Source: Saprospiraceae bacterium (lineage in GTDB: Bacteria > Bacteroidota > Bacteroidia > Chitinophagales > Saprospiraceae). Taken from it: 64,000 nt of DNA. The position numbers were made by a program, and so were the translations under genes. Positions within the stretch are counted from its first letter, which is position 1. Every line of letters starts with the position of its first letter. Of this stretch, positions 28,845-38,878 are shown piece after piece. The stretch is taken from NCBI GenBank assembly GCA_037968395.1, contig JBBKVK010000357.1, positions 7-64,006 of the forward strand. Reading direction: 5' to 3'. The notes beneath the pieces are model-generated. The model did not search any database. It was not told the DNA's origin and saw only the letters and a list, made by a program, of their open reading frames with translations.

Positions 28845-31502
28845 TCATAGTTTAAATATGAAATCTGACAGAGAAACAACTGAAGGTACTTCCAATTTTT
28901 TTCTTAGTCTGTATCGTTTGTTTTCAGTTGATCGAACAGAAATATTCATTAAAGGGGCAATTTCCTTAGAACTTAGATTCATTTTTATATAGGCAGCCAA
29001 CCTTAATTCACTGGATGATATTTCTGGAAAATTTGTTCTAAGTGTTGCTAAAAAATCTTTGTGAACTTCAGCAAAATTCTTTTCAAATATCTCCCAATCG
29101 TGATCACTGTTTATATTGTTTTCGATAAGGTGAACTATCCTTTGGTTTGAAATTTTCTCCGTCTTTTCATGTTTACTGTCAGAATCATGAATTAATTGTT
29201 TTAATTCATTGAGCATCTTATTCTTTTGGACTATTGTCATTGTTCTATTAGCCAACATTTTAGATTTATGTAACAAATCTATTTCAAGGTTATCTGCTCT
29301 GACCTTTAACCTTTCTTTCTGGACTTCCTTTTCCTTTTCTACCTCCAACTTTTGGAGTTCTTTCTCCATTTTCAGTTTCGATTTTCTATTTAAGAACAAT
29401 ACAAGTGATATAAAAAAAAGTAAATACAATACTAACCCTTTCCATGATTCGTACCAATTTGGTTCTATAGTCCACTTTAAGAGACTTCTCTCATCCCCAT
29501 TTGATTTTATCCATAATGTATATTCTCCATGTTTTAGGTTTAAGAAGTTTAGCTTACCATTAGCAGGCAATAGTCTCCATTCGTTATCCCAAGGCAGTAG
29601 TTTATACTGGATATTATCATTTAAAGAATAAGAGTTGTCAGATTTTAAGCAGATTAATATGTCATTTTGGTATGGTTCTAAAGAGTTAGAAACTAGATTA
29701 TCAAAAGAAACTCCATTTACAGTAACATAATCGACTTCTAATTGTGCAACTTCAATATTTCCTAATTCGTTGAGTAACTTGTAACCTTCATCAAAGCTTA
29801 CAATCATTTTTTTCGTAGAACCTTGTTTAATTTCATTGTAATTATATTCTCCACGGTTTAGGTTTTCGTAAATTATTCTAGCTTTAATTTCACTAAAATC
29901 ATCAACTTTTAATAATCTTGACTTTTCTTCCTTATCGACGGTCTGGATAATCCCTTCTCTGTATCGATAAAGTAAATTATTAGAGTATATGTATATTTCT
30001 CCAAGATAATTAAGCAAACTCGGTTTATTAATGTCTTGTCCCTCTACTTGTTGCGTGATCTTAGAAGAAATCACTTTTGTAAAATTCTCCGATAAATCAA
30101 TATCGTAAATGCCAAAATAAGTATGATAACCAACTATTGTATGATCATTTAAAACAAATTTTTCTAATAAAACCTCACTGTCCTCTATCTTAATAGTACT
30201 TATCTTTTGGTCATTATACTTTATTAAATATAACCCTCTATAAGTAGATTCTATCAAAGTAGAATCGTTTATTTTTTGGAAGCACAAGCCTCCAGATTCA
30301 CTCGAAATTTGTCTAAATCCATTTCCTTCTATTATAAATGTCCCATTGTTATGTCCACAAATTAGATTATTACCCATCTCTGCAAATGACCAAACTTGTC
30401 CTTGGGAGTTTCTAATTAACTCAAAGGAACCATTTGTCGTTTTCATAAAAACACCTTGATTAGTACCTAAGTACATAGCTCCTTTATGATTAATACTAGC
30501 ATATACGGTTCCTAGTTTTCCTTGTTTGTCATAATAATATCTTTCTGGCTCACTTAGTTTTATTAGATTAATACCTTTGTCCAGCCCGACCCACAGGTCG
30601 CCTTTCTTACTTTCGTAAAGGGCCAAGACAGTATTATTCGAAAGTCCATTTGATTTATTAATATGAAAGAGTACTTGAAACTTATCATCTAAAACATACA
30701 ACCCATTTAGGATTGTCCCTATTACATAACCACCAGTTTTTAAACGGATAACTCGATTAATTTGATCTTCTTTTAGAGCACTAACAATATCCGTTTGTAT
30801 AGGATCCACAATATTAGAGTTTAATAAAAACAAACCATTAAACTGTGTAGCAATTAAGGTCTCAGATGAGTTAGTACCTTCTAGTACTGCTGCCACTTTA
30901 ACTTTATTAGCAAACTGATTCGTTACTTCAATTGGGGTAAAACTTCCATCTAAAAATTTCATTATTCCTCCGGATATTTTTGGAATAAAAAACTCATTAT
31001 TGACTGCATTACCAAGCATGATGTTTTCTGGTGGAAGGTACTTGAATACTGTACTATAATCGTAAACATAAACATCTGCAAAAGACTGAAAAACAATCTG
31101 TTTTTCATCTCCATACATAGCCCATATTTCTTGTCCGCTTTGCGATAATATAGAGTCTGCCAAGGGCACTAAAGTTGGTTTATTCCTTTGTGAGTTATCT
31201 ATATACCCAAAAAATTCGTAGCCCGCTACATAGGTTTTGCAATCAGAGCCTACAAAAATAGTCCTTGGTCTTTTGTTATGAGGGAGTTGGACCAATTGCC
31301 AACTTAGCCCATTAAAAATTAATACTCCATTAGAATTAGCAATATAAGTTAACCCATTACAGTCTTGATCTATATCCCAATTTTGAGATGCGGCATTATA
31401 ATCTTTAGTATCATAGGCAACAATAGCTGGCACCTCCTGAGCATTAAGAATTATGCTTCTTATAAAAATGATTGAAAATATTAGAACTTTTATACTTGAC
31501 AT
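28845..31502 (-). CDS. Membrane-anchored one-component regulator: periplasmic two-component-regulator-propeller repeats, Y_Y_Y domain, one TM helix, coiled coil and LuxR/GerE HTH
   Basis: 885 aa. HGEYTLWIKS (Y_Y_Y), TM helix GLVLYLLFFISLVLFL, and C-terminal SSSELRLAAYIKMNLSSKEIAPLMNISVRSTENKRYRLRKKL. No HisKA, HATPase or REC domains. Confidence 0.8.
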   Translation of the reverse strand: MSSIKVLIFSIIFIRSIILNAQEVPAIVAYDTKDYNAASQNWDIDQDCNGLTYIANSNGVLIFNGLSWQLVQLPHNKRPRTIFVGSDCKTYVAGYEFFGYIDNSQRNKPTLVPLADSILSQSGQEIWAMYGDEKQIVFQSFADVYVYDYSTVFKYLPPENIMLGNAVNNEFFIPKISGGIMKFLDGSFTPIEVTNQFANKVKVAAVLEGTNSSETLIATQFNGLFLLNSNIVDPIQTDIVSALKEDQINRVIRLKTGGYVIGTILNGLYVLDDKFQVLFHINKSNGLSNNTVLALYESKKGDLWVGLDKGINLIKLSEPERYYYDKQGKLGTVYASINHKGAMYLGTNQGVFMKTTNGSFELIRNSQGQVWSFAEMGNNLICGHNNGTFIIEGNGFRQISSESGGLCFQKINDSTLIESTYRGLYLIKYNDQKISTIKIEDSEVLLEKFVLNDHTIVGYHTYFGIYDIDLSENFTKVISSKITQQVEGQDINKPSLLNYLGEIYIYSNNLLYRYREGIIQTVDKEEKSRLLKVDDFSEIKARIIYENLNRGEYNYNEIKQGSTKKMIVSFDEGYKLLNELGNIEVAQLEVDYVTVNGVSFDNLVSNSLEPYQNDILICLKSDNSYSLNDNIQYKLLPWDNEWRLLPANGKLNFLNLKHGEYTLWIKSNGDERSLLKWTIEPNWYESWKGLVLYLLFFISLVLFLNRKSKLKMEKELQKLEVEKEKEVQKERLKVRADNLEIDLLHKSKMLANRTMTIVQKNKMLNELKQLIHDSDSKHEKTEKISNQRIVHLIENNINSDHDWEIFEKNFAEVHKDFLATLRTNFPEISSSELRLAAYIKMNLSSKEIAPLMNISVRSTENKRYRLRKKLEVPSVVSLSDFIFKL

Positions 31503-31582
31503 TGGAAGGTGATCTGACTACAATAATAATCTAAAAAACCGAATCAGTAAAATATTTAGCGAATACTGTGACTGGTAGTCAG

Positions 31583-32995
31583 TTAAAAATTAAATGCCCC
31601 TTGAAAATACAAGCCACTCTCTCCAAGTCGATTAAAATTATATTCAAGACTTAGCTTGTAGTTATTATAGATTAACATATCAATCCCTGGACCACCTCCT
31701 ATCTGCCATACATTGGATAAAAAATTATTTTCATAGTAAGTAGGCTCATTTACAAATCCAAAATCTAATGAAGCCCTTAGCCATGCAGTAAATGGAAATA
31801 AGTCAAATTGCTTTATAAACATATACTTTGATACATCAAATACATTATCATAAAACCTAAACTTAAAGTCAGTTCTTGTCAGAAAAAAATCTATGCCGTC
31901 TACTACATATAATTCATAACCCCTCACTTCGTCCCCATATCCCAGGCCTGAGTTATTACCAAAACCAACTTTGTTTCTATTTAAGTTTATTTTGCCTTTT
32001 ACCCTACCACCATAAACCAAGTTATTTGATAGCTTAAAATATTTTTCAAACCCACCAGAGATACTTAAATTATCAAAATCGTCAAAAATTCCGAAACCTT
32101 CCTTCTTTATATTTAAGAAGAGTAAGTATCCTCCTTCTGGATATGTTGGAAATACTCTTTTATCATACTGAAAGTCATACTCTGCATAAAAGAACTTTAT
32201 TTGGTTCTTTCCATCTAAAAAATAGTTAGGGTTTAATCCTTTAGCGATCGTGTCATCTATTTTATTATCATGATACTCAAGCCTAAAACTATGATAACTA
32301 TATGCATTTGATCTATTGGAAAGGGAAAGGCCAGCTCTAAACCTTGTCACTATGACCCTTTCATCAGGATGTTGATAAAACAAGCTCTTATTACCCTCAG
32401 TAATATATCCTGTTTCTTTTTTAGTACTGTAAAACAGCGAGCCACCTAACCCCCATTGGCCAATAAAATATGGATAGTTATATACAGCTTCATATTTCTT
32501 AGTATAGCCACTTTGATATTTTAATTTTAATCGATCCTTATGCCCTGTTAGGTTTAAGTGGTCTAATCTAACTCCATAATTAGTCCTACTAAAATCAAAC
32601 CTGTGTTCCTTCCACCAAACATTAAAACTCCTATCTGCATATTCCCAGATGACTGATGGATAGATATACCAATTTTCCTTTAAATCAATTAAAATGGTCA
32701 ATGTTCCAGACGAGGTATCCCACTCTTTAATATTAATGGTAACAATGTTGAATAGTCCGGTACTTAATAGTCTCTTTTGATTTCTTTCGATTTCTTTTCC
32801 TAAGGCAGATAGGCTAATTGTATCCCCAATAGCTATATCAAGTTCTCTAAAAATAACACCATCTTTAGTAATCTTATTACCTATGAACTGGATGTCTTTA
32901 ACGATAACACTCTGACCTGTAACGCTGGTATTAACAATGAAGCAAAATGTTATTATGCTTAAAGTTTTATATACAAGTTTCTGACAAGGCACCAA
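31583..32995 (-). CDS. Omp85/BamA-family outer-membrane protein with a single POTRA domain
   Basis: POTRA-like IVKDIQFIGNKITKDGVIFRELDIAIGDTIS followed by a beta-barrel ending GAFNF. Non-ATG (TTG) start, so the start is uncertain. Confidence 0.6.
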   Translation of the reverse strand: MVPCQKLVYKTLSIITFCFIVNTSVTGQSVIVKDIQFIGNKITKDGVIFRELDIAIGDTISLSALGKEIERNQKRLLSTGLFNIVTINIKEWDTSSGTLTILIDLKENWYIYPSVIWEYADRSFNVWWKEHRFDFSRTNYGVRLDHLNLTGHKDRLKLKYQSGYTKKYEAVYNYPYFIGQWGLGGSLFYSTKKETGYITEGNKSLFYQHPDERVIVTRFRAGLSLSNRSNAYSYHSFRLEYHDNKIDDTIAKGLNPNYFLDGKNQIKFFYAEYDFQYDKRVFPTYPEGGYLLFLNIKKEGFGIFDDFDNLSISGGFEKYFKLSNNLVYGGRVKGKINLNRNKVGFGNNSGLGYGDEVRGYELYVVDGIDFFLTRTDFKFRFYDNVFDVSKYMFIKQFDLFPFTAWLRASLDFGFVNEPTYYENNFLSNVWQIGGGPGIDMLIYNNYKLSLEYNFNRLGESGLYFQGAFNF

Positions 32996-33024
32996 AATAT
33001 TTGGAGTTATTATAAAAGTGATGA

Positions 33025-34023
33025 TTAAATGTCTTGGTTCATGATCTCCCAGAGCAAATCTTTGAGTTCTTGTAATCCATATCCAGAAACGGAAGATATA
33101 AAGACGTAAGGTATGTTGACTTTTATTTGAGAATCAATTAACCCTCTTAATTCATCATCTAACATATCTGCCTTAGTAATAGCCAAGACTTTTGCTTTAT
33201 CAAGTAACTCTGGGTTATATAATTCCAATTCAGTTAATAGGATATTATAGTCTCTATTTATGTCTTCACTATCACAAGGAATCATAAACAACAAGGTACT
33301 ATTACGCTCAATATGTCTTAAAAATCTAACACCAAGTCCTTTACCTAAGTGGGCATCCTCAATGATACCTGGAATGTCGGCCATGATGAATGACTTCAGC
33401 CCACGGTGATTTACAATACCTAGGTTAGGTACCAATGTTGTAAAAGCATAACTAGCAATTTTGGGCTTAGCTGCAGTGATTGAGGATAATAAAGTAGACT
33501 TACCTGCATTTGGAAAACCCACTAATCCAACATCTGCTAGCAATTTTAATTCTAATATTTTCCATTCTGTCAATCCAGCTTCTCCAGGTTGAGCATATCT
33601 AGGAGTCTGATTGGTTGGAGATTTAAAGTGGGCATTACCCTGACCTCCTCGTCCACCAGCAGTAAGTATTATCTCTTCGCCATCTTCTTTGACCTCACAT
33701 TCTATCTCACCAGTTTCAGCATTTTTGGCGATAGTACCTATTGGTACTTCAAGAATGACGTCTTCACCATAAAGTCCACTACTATGCATACCTGTTCCAT
33801 GCCCACCGTCTTTGGCAATCACATGTTTCCTATATTTTAAAGGTAGTAACGTCCACATTTGCTTGTTACCTTTTAATATTATGTGACCTCCTCTACCACC
33901 ATCTCCACCATCTGGACCACCCATTGCAGTCCTTCTATCTCTCAATAAATGGGCAGACCCGGCTCCACCTGCTCCACTTCGGCAGCAGAGCTTTACATAA
34001 TCTACAAAATTTTGATCCGCCAT
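33025..34023 (-). CDS. obg: GTPase ObgE/CgtA
   Basis: Gly-rich Obg fold ([18 protein letters not shown]) and G1 motif GFPNAGKST. Confidence 0.9.
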   Translation of the reverse strand: MADQNFVDYVKLCCRSGAGGAGSAHLLRDRRTAMGGPDGGDGGRGGHIILKGNKQMWTLLPLKYRKHVIAKDGGHGTGMHSSGLYGEDVILEVPIGTIAKNAETGEIECEVKEDGEEIILTAGGRGGQGNAHFKSPTNQTPRYAQPGEAGLTEWKILELKLLADVGLVGFPNAGKSTLLSSITAAKPKIASYAFTTLVPNLGIVNHRGLKSFIMADIPGIIEDAHLGKGLGVRFLRHIERNSTLLFMIPCDSEDINRDYNILLTELELYNPELLDKAKVLAITKADMLDDELRGLIDSQIKVNIPYVFISSVSGYGLQELKDLLWEIMNQDI

Positions 34024-34061
34024 GTTATTCTAAAATAATTACTTAATTAGTCTGTGTAAGG

Positions 34062-34640
34062 TTAGGAATTATACCCATCAATAACCTTACAAAGCTTGTC
34101 AAATATTTGATCAATTGTTCCAACTCCTTCTATAGTTGTTCCCTTATCCTGATGGTTATAAAAATTAAATACTGGAGCTGTCTCTTTGTTATAAATTTTG
34201 ATCCGATTTCTAATAATAGATTCATCATTATCATCAGCTCTACCTGAAGTCTTACCTCTATTGAGTAGTCTAGCTACCAATTCTTCTTCATTTACATGCA
34301 TAGCAATAAGTCCTGAAATACTTTGGTCAAGCTCATCCATTAATTTATCAAGAGCTTCTGCTTGAGGTATTGTTCTAGGAAACCCATCTAAGATGTACCC
34401 TTTTACATCAAGATTAGCCATGACTTTATTCTTAAGCATTCCAATTGTAACTTCATCAGGGACTAACTCGCCTTTAGACATGTACTCTTTAGCCTTGATA
34501 CCTAGAGGTGTATCATTGCCCATTTCATATCTAAATAAATCTCCTGTAGATATGTGTAATAATCCATATTTTTCAACTAGCTTTTCTGCTTGTGTTCCTT
34601 TACCTGAGCCAGGCGGCCCGAATAAAACTATATTTATCAT
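34062..34640 (-). CDS. adk: Adenylate kinase
   Basis: MINIVLFGPPGSGKGTQ start at the ATG at 34640. ILDGFPRT motif. Confidence 0.9.
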   Translation of the reverse strand: MINIVLFGPPGSGKGTQAEKLVEKYGLLHISTGDLFRYEMGNDTPLGIKAKEYMSKGELVPDEVTIGMLKNKVMANLDVKGYILDGFPRTIPQAEALDKLMDELDQSISGLIAMHVNEEELVARLLNRGKTSGRADDNDESIIRNRIKIYNKETAPVFNFYNHQDKGTTIEGVGTIDQIFDKLCKVIDGYNS

Positions 34641-34855
34641 AAAATTCTTTTGATTTACGTAGGGTGGCAAAGTTAATGATTACCATCGAATTAAGTAACT
34701 TATCCTAAAAAGAGTTCCACAATATCTTAAAGGTGATATAAAAAGTAGTATTTAAAGAGCAAAATTAATAATTATGCGTTAAATTATAAAGAAAAAACGC
34801 TTTATGGTTTCTTATAAAAACAAACCAGCGAACTAGCCATAATGCTTAAAAACAC

Positions 34856-35872
34856 CTACTTTACTCTACCTATAAATTGGAATATTATTACAGAAGTAAA
34901 CATCATGAAAAAATAGGTGAAAAATCTCCATACAGACATTATTATCTTCATTATATCTCCAGTCAACAAGTCTCCAAACATCAACACAAATGCTGCCTCT
35001 GCTCCTCCTGATGCACCTGGAGTAGGCACAAATAAAAGTCCCATGGTGAGTATCCACTGCTTTATATATACTTCAAATAATGTAAAATCTATACCTAGTG
35101 CATGGAGTAAAATTGCCAAGATGGTAAATTTAGCCATCCATTGTAAAAATAGAAATGTCAGACTAAAAAGGAAGAGGAGTTTACCTCTTTTATATATATC
35201 TTTATAAGCATTCCAAATCTTATAAAGAGAACTCTTAGCAGATTGCCCAACTGAAGATAGTTTAGAACTAATCCTTTCTGGCAGCATTTTATTAATCAGA
35301 CTAGGAATCCTGATACCTATTCTTGGCAATAGCATCAAAGCAATAATAACGACAAGGATAGTGTAGAGTAGTAATTTTTTTTCTGCTAAGGAAGTCAACA
35401 GTGTTGCTAAAGTATCATGCATATAGTACATACTTAATGCAATACCTATAGCATAAAACACGATATCTTCAGTAGCCGATAAGAGTACTAAAAAAGTAGC
35501 TTTAGATGTAGACATGCCTTTGCTAATCAACATAGCTAACTTAACTGGACCTCCCCCTATAATGGTGGGGGTGAGTGCAGAACCAAGATCATTTGAGATG
35601 ATTATGGTCATTGCATCTTTAAATGTCAATGGATGATCTACAAATTTAGACCATACAAAAAGTCTCAATGCATGAAAAACCGTAGGTAATACTGCTAATA
35701 TCCCTAAAGGAATTAGATAATACCACTTTAACTTCTTTAATGATTCAGTAATGTCTCCTTCTACCGTAAAGTATAAGAATGCTAAATGGCATAAGATACC
35801 AATGCCAATGAATATTATTAATCCATTGGTGATTTTTTTAAAATCGATTTTTTTTACAATATCAGTAGCCAA
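34856..35872 (-). CDS. Flippase-like / lysylphosphatidylglycerol-synthase TM-region (UPF0104) membrane protein
   Basis: Polytopic 338-aa protein with the VPTPGASGGAEAAF motif. Confidence 0.6.
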   Translation of the reverse strand: MATDIVKKIDFKKITNGLIIFIGIGILCHLAFLYFTVEGDITESLKKLKWYYLIPLGILAVLPTVFHALRLFVWSKFVDHPLTFKDAMTIIISNDLGSALTPTIIGGGPVKLAMLISKGMSTSKATFLVLLSATEDIVFYAIGIALSMYYMHDTLATLLTSLAEKKLLLYTILVVIIALMLLPRIGIRIPSLINKMLPERISSKLSSVGQSAKSSLYKIWNAYKDIYKRGKLLFLFSLTFLFLQWMAKFTILAILLHALGIDFTLFEVYIKQWILTMGLLFVPTPGASGGAEAAFVLMFGDLLTGDIMKIIMSVWRFFTYFFMMFTSVIIFQFIGRVK

Positions 35873-35889
35873 TTTTACTTAGAAAGACT

Positions 35890-36339
35890 TTATGAATTAA
35901 GTAATGATTTGATGGTCACTGCGATTTGCTTACCGTCAGCTCTACCAGCTATCTTTGCATTAGCTGCACCCATAACTTTACCCATGTCTTTTATACTACT
36001 AGCTCCCGTATCCTTGATTATTTGAGCAACAATTGATTTCAATTCTGCTTCACTCATTTGCTCCGGCAGAAACTTTTGTAGAATCTCCAACTCCTCTTGT
36101 TCTGTTTTGGCAAGGTCGCCTCTATCTTGTTTTAAAAAGATATCAATAGACTCTTGTCTTTGCTTGGCAAGTTTCTGTACCAATTTCAACTCTCCTGTCT
36201 CGTCTAAAACAGTTCCGCTACCATCAGTATTGGCTAACTGGATAGCTGATTTTATATATCTTAATGTCCTTAAAGCAGCTTGATCTTTTGCTTTCATCGC
36301 TGTTTTAAGTTCTTCCATTACTCTCTTTTCAAGACTCAT
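35890..36339 (-). CDS. GatB/YqeY domain protein
   Basis: 149 aa. The N-terminus LKTAMKAKDQAALRTLRYIKSAI is typical of YqeY. Confidence 0.8.
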   Translation of the reverse strand: MSLEKRVMEELKTAMKAKDQAALRTLRYIKSAIQLANTDGSGTVLDETGELKLVQKLAKQRQESIDIFLKQDRGDLAKTEQEELEILQKFLPEQMSEAELKSIVAQIIKDTGASSIKDMGKVMGAANAKIAGRADGKQIAVTIKSLLNS

Positions 36340-37105
36340 TTTTATTTAATTTTTCTATTCTATTAGTTAGTGCTTCAAAATCTCTTACCGAAAGCTGCTC
36401 TGGTCGCTCGGTAAATATTGGTTCATTTAATATATCAGGATCATCAATAAATACTTTTAGAGTATTTCTTAGCATTTTCCTTCTCGAATTGAAGCTTGTT
36501 TTTACTATCTGCCTAAACAGCCGAGCATCACATTTAAGTTCCTCGACACCATCACTGCTTAATCTTATGACAGAAGAATTTACTTTTGGTGGCGGGTTAA
36601 ATGCACCAGGTGGCAACTGCAGCAACATTTCTCCTTTGTAAAACGCCTGAGTCAATACCGAAATCACTCCGTATGTCTTAGATCCAGGAGGTGCAATAAT
36701 CCGTTCTGCTACCTCTTTTTGAAACATTCCTACCATCTCTGGAACCATTTCATGATTGTTTAGCATCTTAAATACAATCTGAGAAGATATGTTGTATGGA
36801 AAATTACCAGTAATATAAAATGGTTCCCCATCAAAGGCTACATTCAAGTTGAGTTTTAGAAAATCTAGAAATATGATGTCTAGGTTTGGATAGTATCTGG
36901 AAAGATAACTCACCATATCTCTGTCCGCTTCTATCGCTTTAAGGTTAATATCTTGATCTTTAAGGTACTTGGTAAGCATTCCTTGACCAGGCCCAATTTC
37001 TAGCACATTCCTAATGCCTTCTTTTCTAAGTAAGAAGTTACCAATTTTCTCTGCTGTAACTTCGCTGGTTAGAAAATGCTGACCGTATGATTTTTTAGCT
37101 CTCAA
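36329..37105 (-). CDS. rsmA: 16S rRNA (adenine1518/1519-N6)-dimethyltransferase
   Basis: KSYGQHFL N-terminal motif, EIGPGQG SAM-binding motif and NFPYNISS. Confidence 0.9.
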   Translation of the reverse strand: MRAKKSYGQHFLTSEVTAEKIGNFLLRKEGIRNVLEIGPGQGMLTKYLKDQDINLKAIEADRDMVSYLSRYYPNLDIIFLDFLKLNLNVAFDGEPFYITGNFPYNISSQIVFKMLNNHEMVPEMVGMFQKEVAERIIAPPGSKTYGVISVLTQAFYKGEMLLQLPPGAFNPPPKVNSSVIRLSSDGVEELKCDARLFRQIVKTSFNSRRKMLRNTLKVFIDDPDILNEPIFTERPEQLSVRDFEALTNRIEKLNKNES

Positions 37106-37106
37106 A

Positions 37107-38204
37107 TTATAGTTTTATAACTTTCCTTGTGATAAACTCATTTTCAGATGTACCAATAGTGATCAGGTATATTCCGTTTTGTTCTGGGAGGGCAATGTCT
37201 AAACTTAAAATATTGTTTGAGTAAATAATCTGTTCAGACATGTACGTCTTATTGCCTAAAGCATCAAAAACTCTAATCCATATCTTATCATCTACTTTAG
37301 ATTCAATACCAATCTTTACATTTTGATTGGTTGGATTAGGGAATGGGTTTGAAACGACGATGTTGTCATTGAACCCAAGGTCATTTGTAGCAGTCAATAT
37401 CTCACAAGCATCCGATATTTGATCACAATACAACCTTGATGCAAGGGAGCAGTCTAATACAAAAGGGTTGACTTTACCATCTTGGTATTTTGCAATTTGA
37501 TATGTTCTATTCCATTCTCTTTCATCTACTAGATCATCAAAATGCCATTTGCATAGTGTCTCTTTTTGAATTCCAAAAAAACTTGGGTCAGCAGCAGTTG
37601 CCTCCTCCCTATACATTGTGTAAAAGTAGAATATTCCTCTTGCAATATTTCCTTTTACCAATTCTCTTGGCTCAAATACGGTTTGTGTATTGTTATGGTC
37701 TAACTCACTGTATCCATCAATATTCGAAGTTGGTATGTTTTTAGTCTTTATATCGTTTATATACCAAAAATCTGTATTTGCATCAAAGGCATCACCGTAA
37801 GGGTGACTACTTCTATCGCTATTTACATTTTCTCTGGAAGGATATAAGTGGTGCATATCGCTATTCCCCAATCCACTATCTGCTCCTTTACTTTGTGGGT
37901 AGCTGTGTTCTGCATTGATTCCTTTACTAAATGCATCAACTGTTGGATCAGCGCTAAGGTTTAAAGTGATTTGATACCCAGTATACACACATTCTAACTT
38001 ATTGCCTGGCAAAATATCTATGAGTTTGTAAAGCGTATCTCTAGCTTCGCCGTAATCAAGATTTGTCGTTGCTTTATATTCCGATCTAAGATTATAGTAT
38101 AGGTCATCTCCCGACATACCTTTAAACACATTTTTATGGTCAAATTGTGCTGAAATCGAAAAAGTAATAAGTAGTAAGGCAAATACCCTAAATGTGCAAT
38201 TCAT
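37107..38204 (-). CDS. Extracellular endonuclease I-family nuclease with T9SS C-terminal sorting domain
   Basis: NAEHSYPQSKG and MHHLYPSRENVNSDRSSHPYG motifs (endonuclease I/Vvn-like). C-terminal VSNPFPNPTNQNVKIGI...ITRKVIKL is a T9SS CTD. Confidence 0.75.
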   Translation of the reverse strand: MNCTFRVFALLLITFSISAQFDHKNVFKGMSGDDLYYNLRSEYKATTNLDYGEARDTLYKLIDILPGNKLECVYTGYQITLNLSADPTVDAFSKGINAEHSYPQSKGADSGLGNSDMHHLYPSRENVNSDRSSHPYGDAFDANTDFWYINDIKTKNIPTSNIDGYSELDHNNTQTVFEPRELVKGNIARGIFYFYTMYREEATAADPSFFGIQKETLCKWHFDDLVDEREWNRTYQIAKYQDGKVNPFVLDCSLASRLYCDQISDACEILTATNDLGFNDNIVVSNPFPNPTNQNVKIGIESKVDDKIWIRVFDALGNKTYMSEQIIYSNNILSLDIALPEQNGIYLITIGTSENEFITRKVIKL

Positions 38205-38289
38205 TTTATAAAAAGATTTTAAACTAAGGTAAAGGTACTATTTTTGGGAAGTTCAGATTACAACTTTGAAGTGATTAACGGAAATTTAT

Positions 38290-38874
38290 TTATCTCCATG
38301 TAAAAGTCTCAATCATGTGATTGATATCTTTGGACAAGAAATCGACTAAAACTTTTGTAGAGTCAGGGTCTACTTTGTCGTTAAAGTATAATGATCCTCT
38401 AAAGAAATTCGATGTGCTATCGGTCAAGTAAAATTGAATTGGTGTAGCCACTGGGCCTTCGATATTAAACAATAATCCATATACTTTTTCAACCTTATTT
38501 TCGATCAAAGATTCTTTTCTGTAATTAGCTTTGGTATTATGTTTTCCTGCTAATTTAAAAGCATCACTTATTAAATCATCAAATTTTGTTTTATCATCAA
38601 TGGCAGTATAACTGCAATGTATTTCTGCATTTAAAGCTGGTATTCTAAGATCAAACCAACAAGGGTCAGCTGGTTGACCATCAAAGAAAAAACTATCTCG
38701 AACTGTTGTACTATAATCGGGAAATTCAAAAGATAATTTACAATAATCCTGCTGGACTCTTACCATAGTACCTTGAGGAAAATCAACTCTAGGATACATT
38801 CTTGGTTTTGGTACAAAGATAGGATCATTACAAGATGTAACAATGATAGTCAATATTAGAATAAAATATCTCAA
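38290..38874 (-). CDS. gldD: Gliding motility lipoprotein GldD
   Basis: 194-aa lipoprotein (IVTSC). PKPRMYPRVDFP, QFYLTDSTSNFFRGSLYF and a C-terminal IETFTWR match the GldD pattern. It lies directly downstream of gldE, as in Flavobacterium. Confidence 0.8.
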   Translation of the reverse strand: MRYFILILTIIVTSCNDPIFVPKPRMYPRVDFPQGTMVRVQQDYCKLSFEFPDYSTTVRDSFFFDGQPADPCWFDLRIPALNAEIHCSYTAIDDKTKFDDLISDAFKLAGKHNTKANYRKESLIENKVEKVYGLLFNIEGPVATPIQFYLTDSTSNFFRGSLYFNDKVDPDSTKVLVDFLSKDINHMIETFTWR

Positions 38875-38878
38875 AACT

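Noticed and set aside
31514-31579. 8-bp inverted repeat CTGACTAC...GTAGTCAG between the Omp85-like gene and the PUL regulator gene
   Set aside because: The stem is short with a ~50-nt loop and no U-tract, which is within chance expectation.
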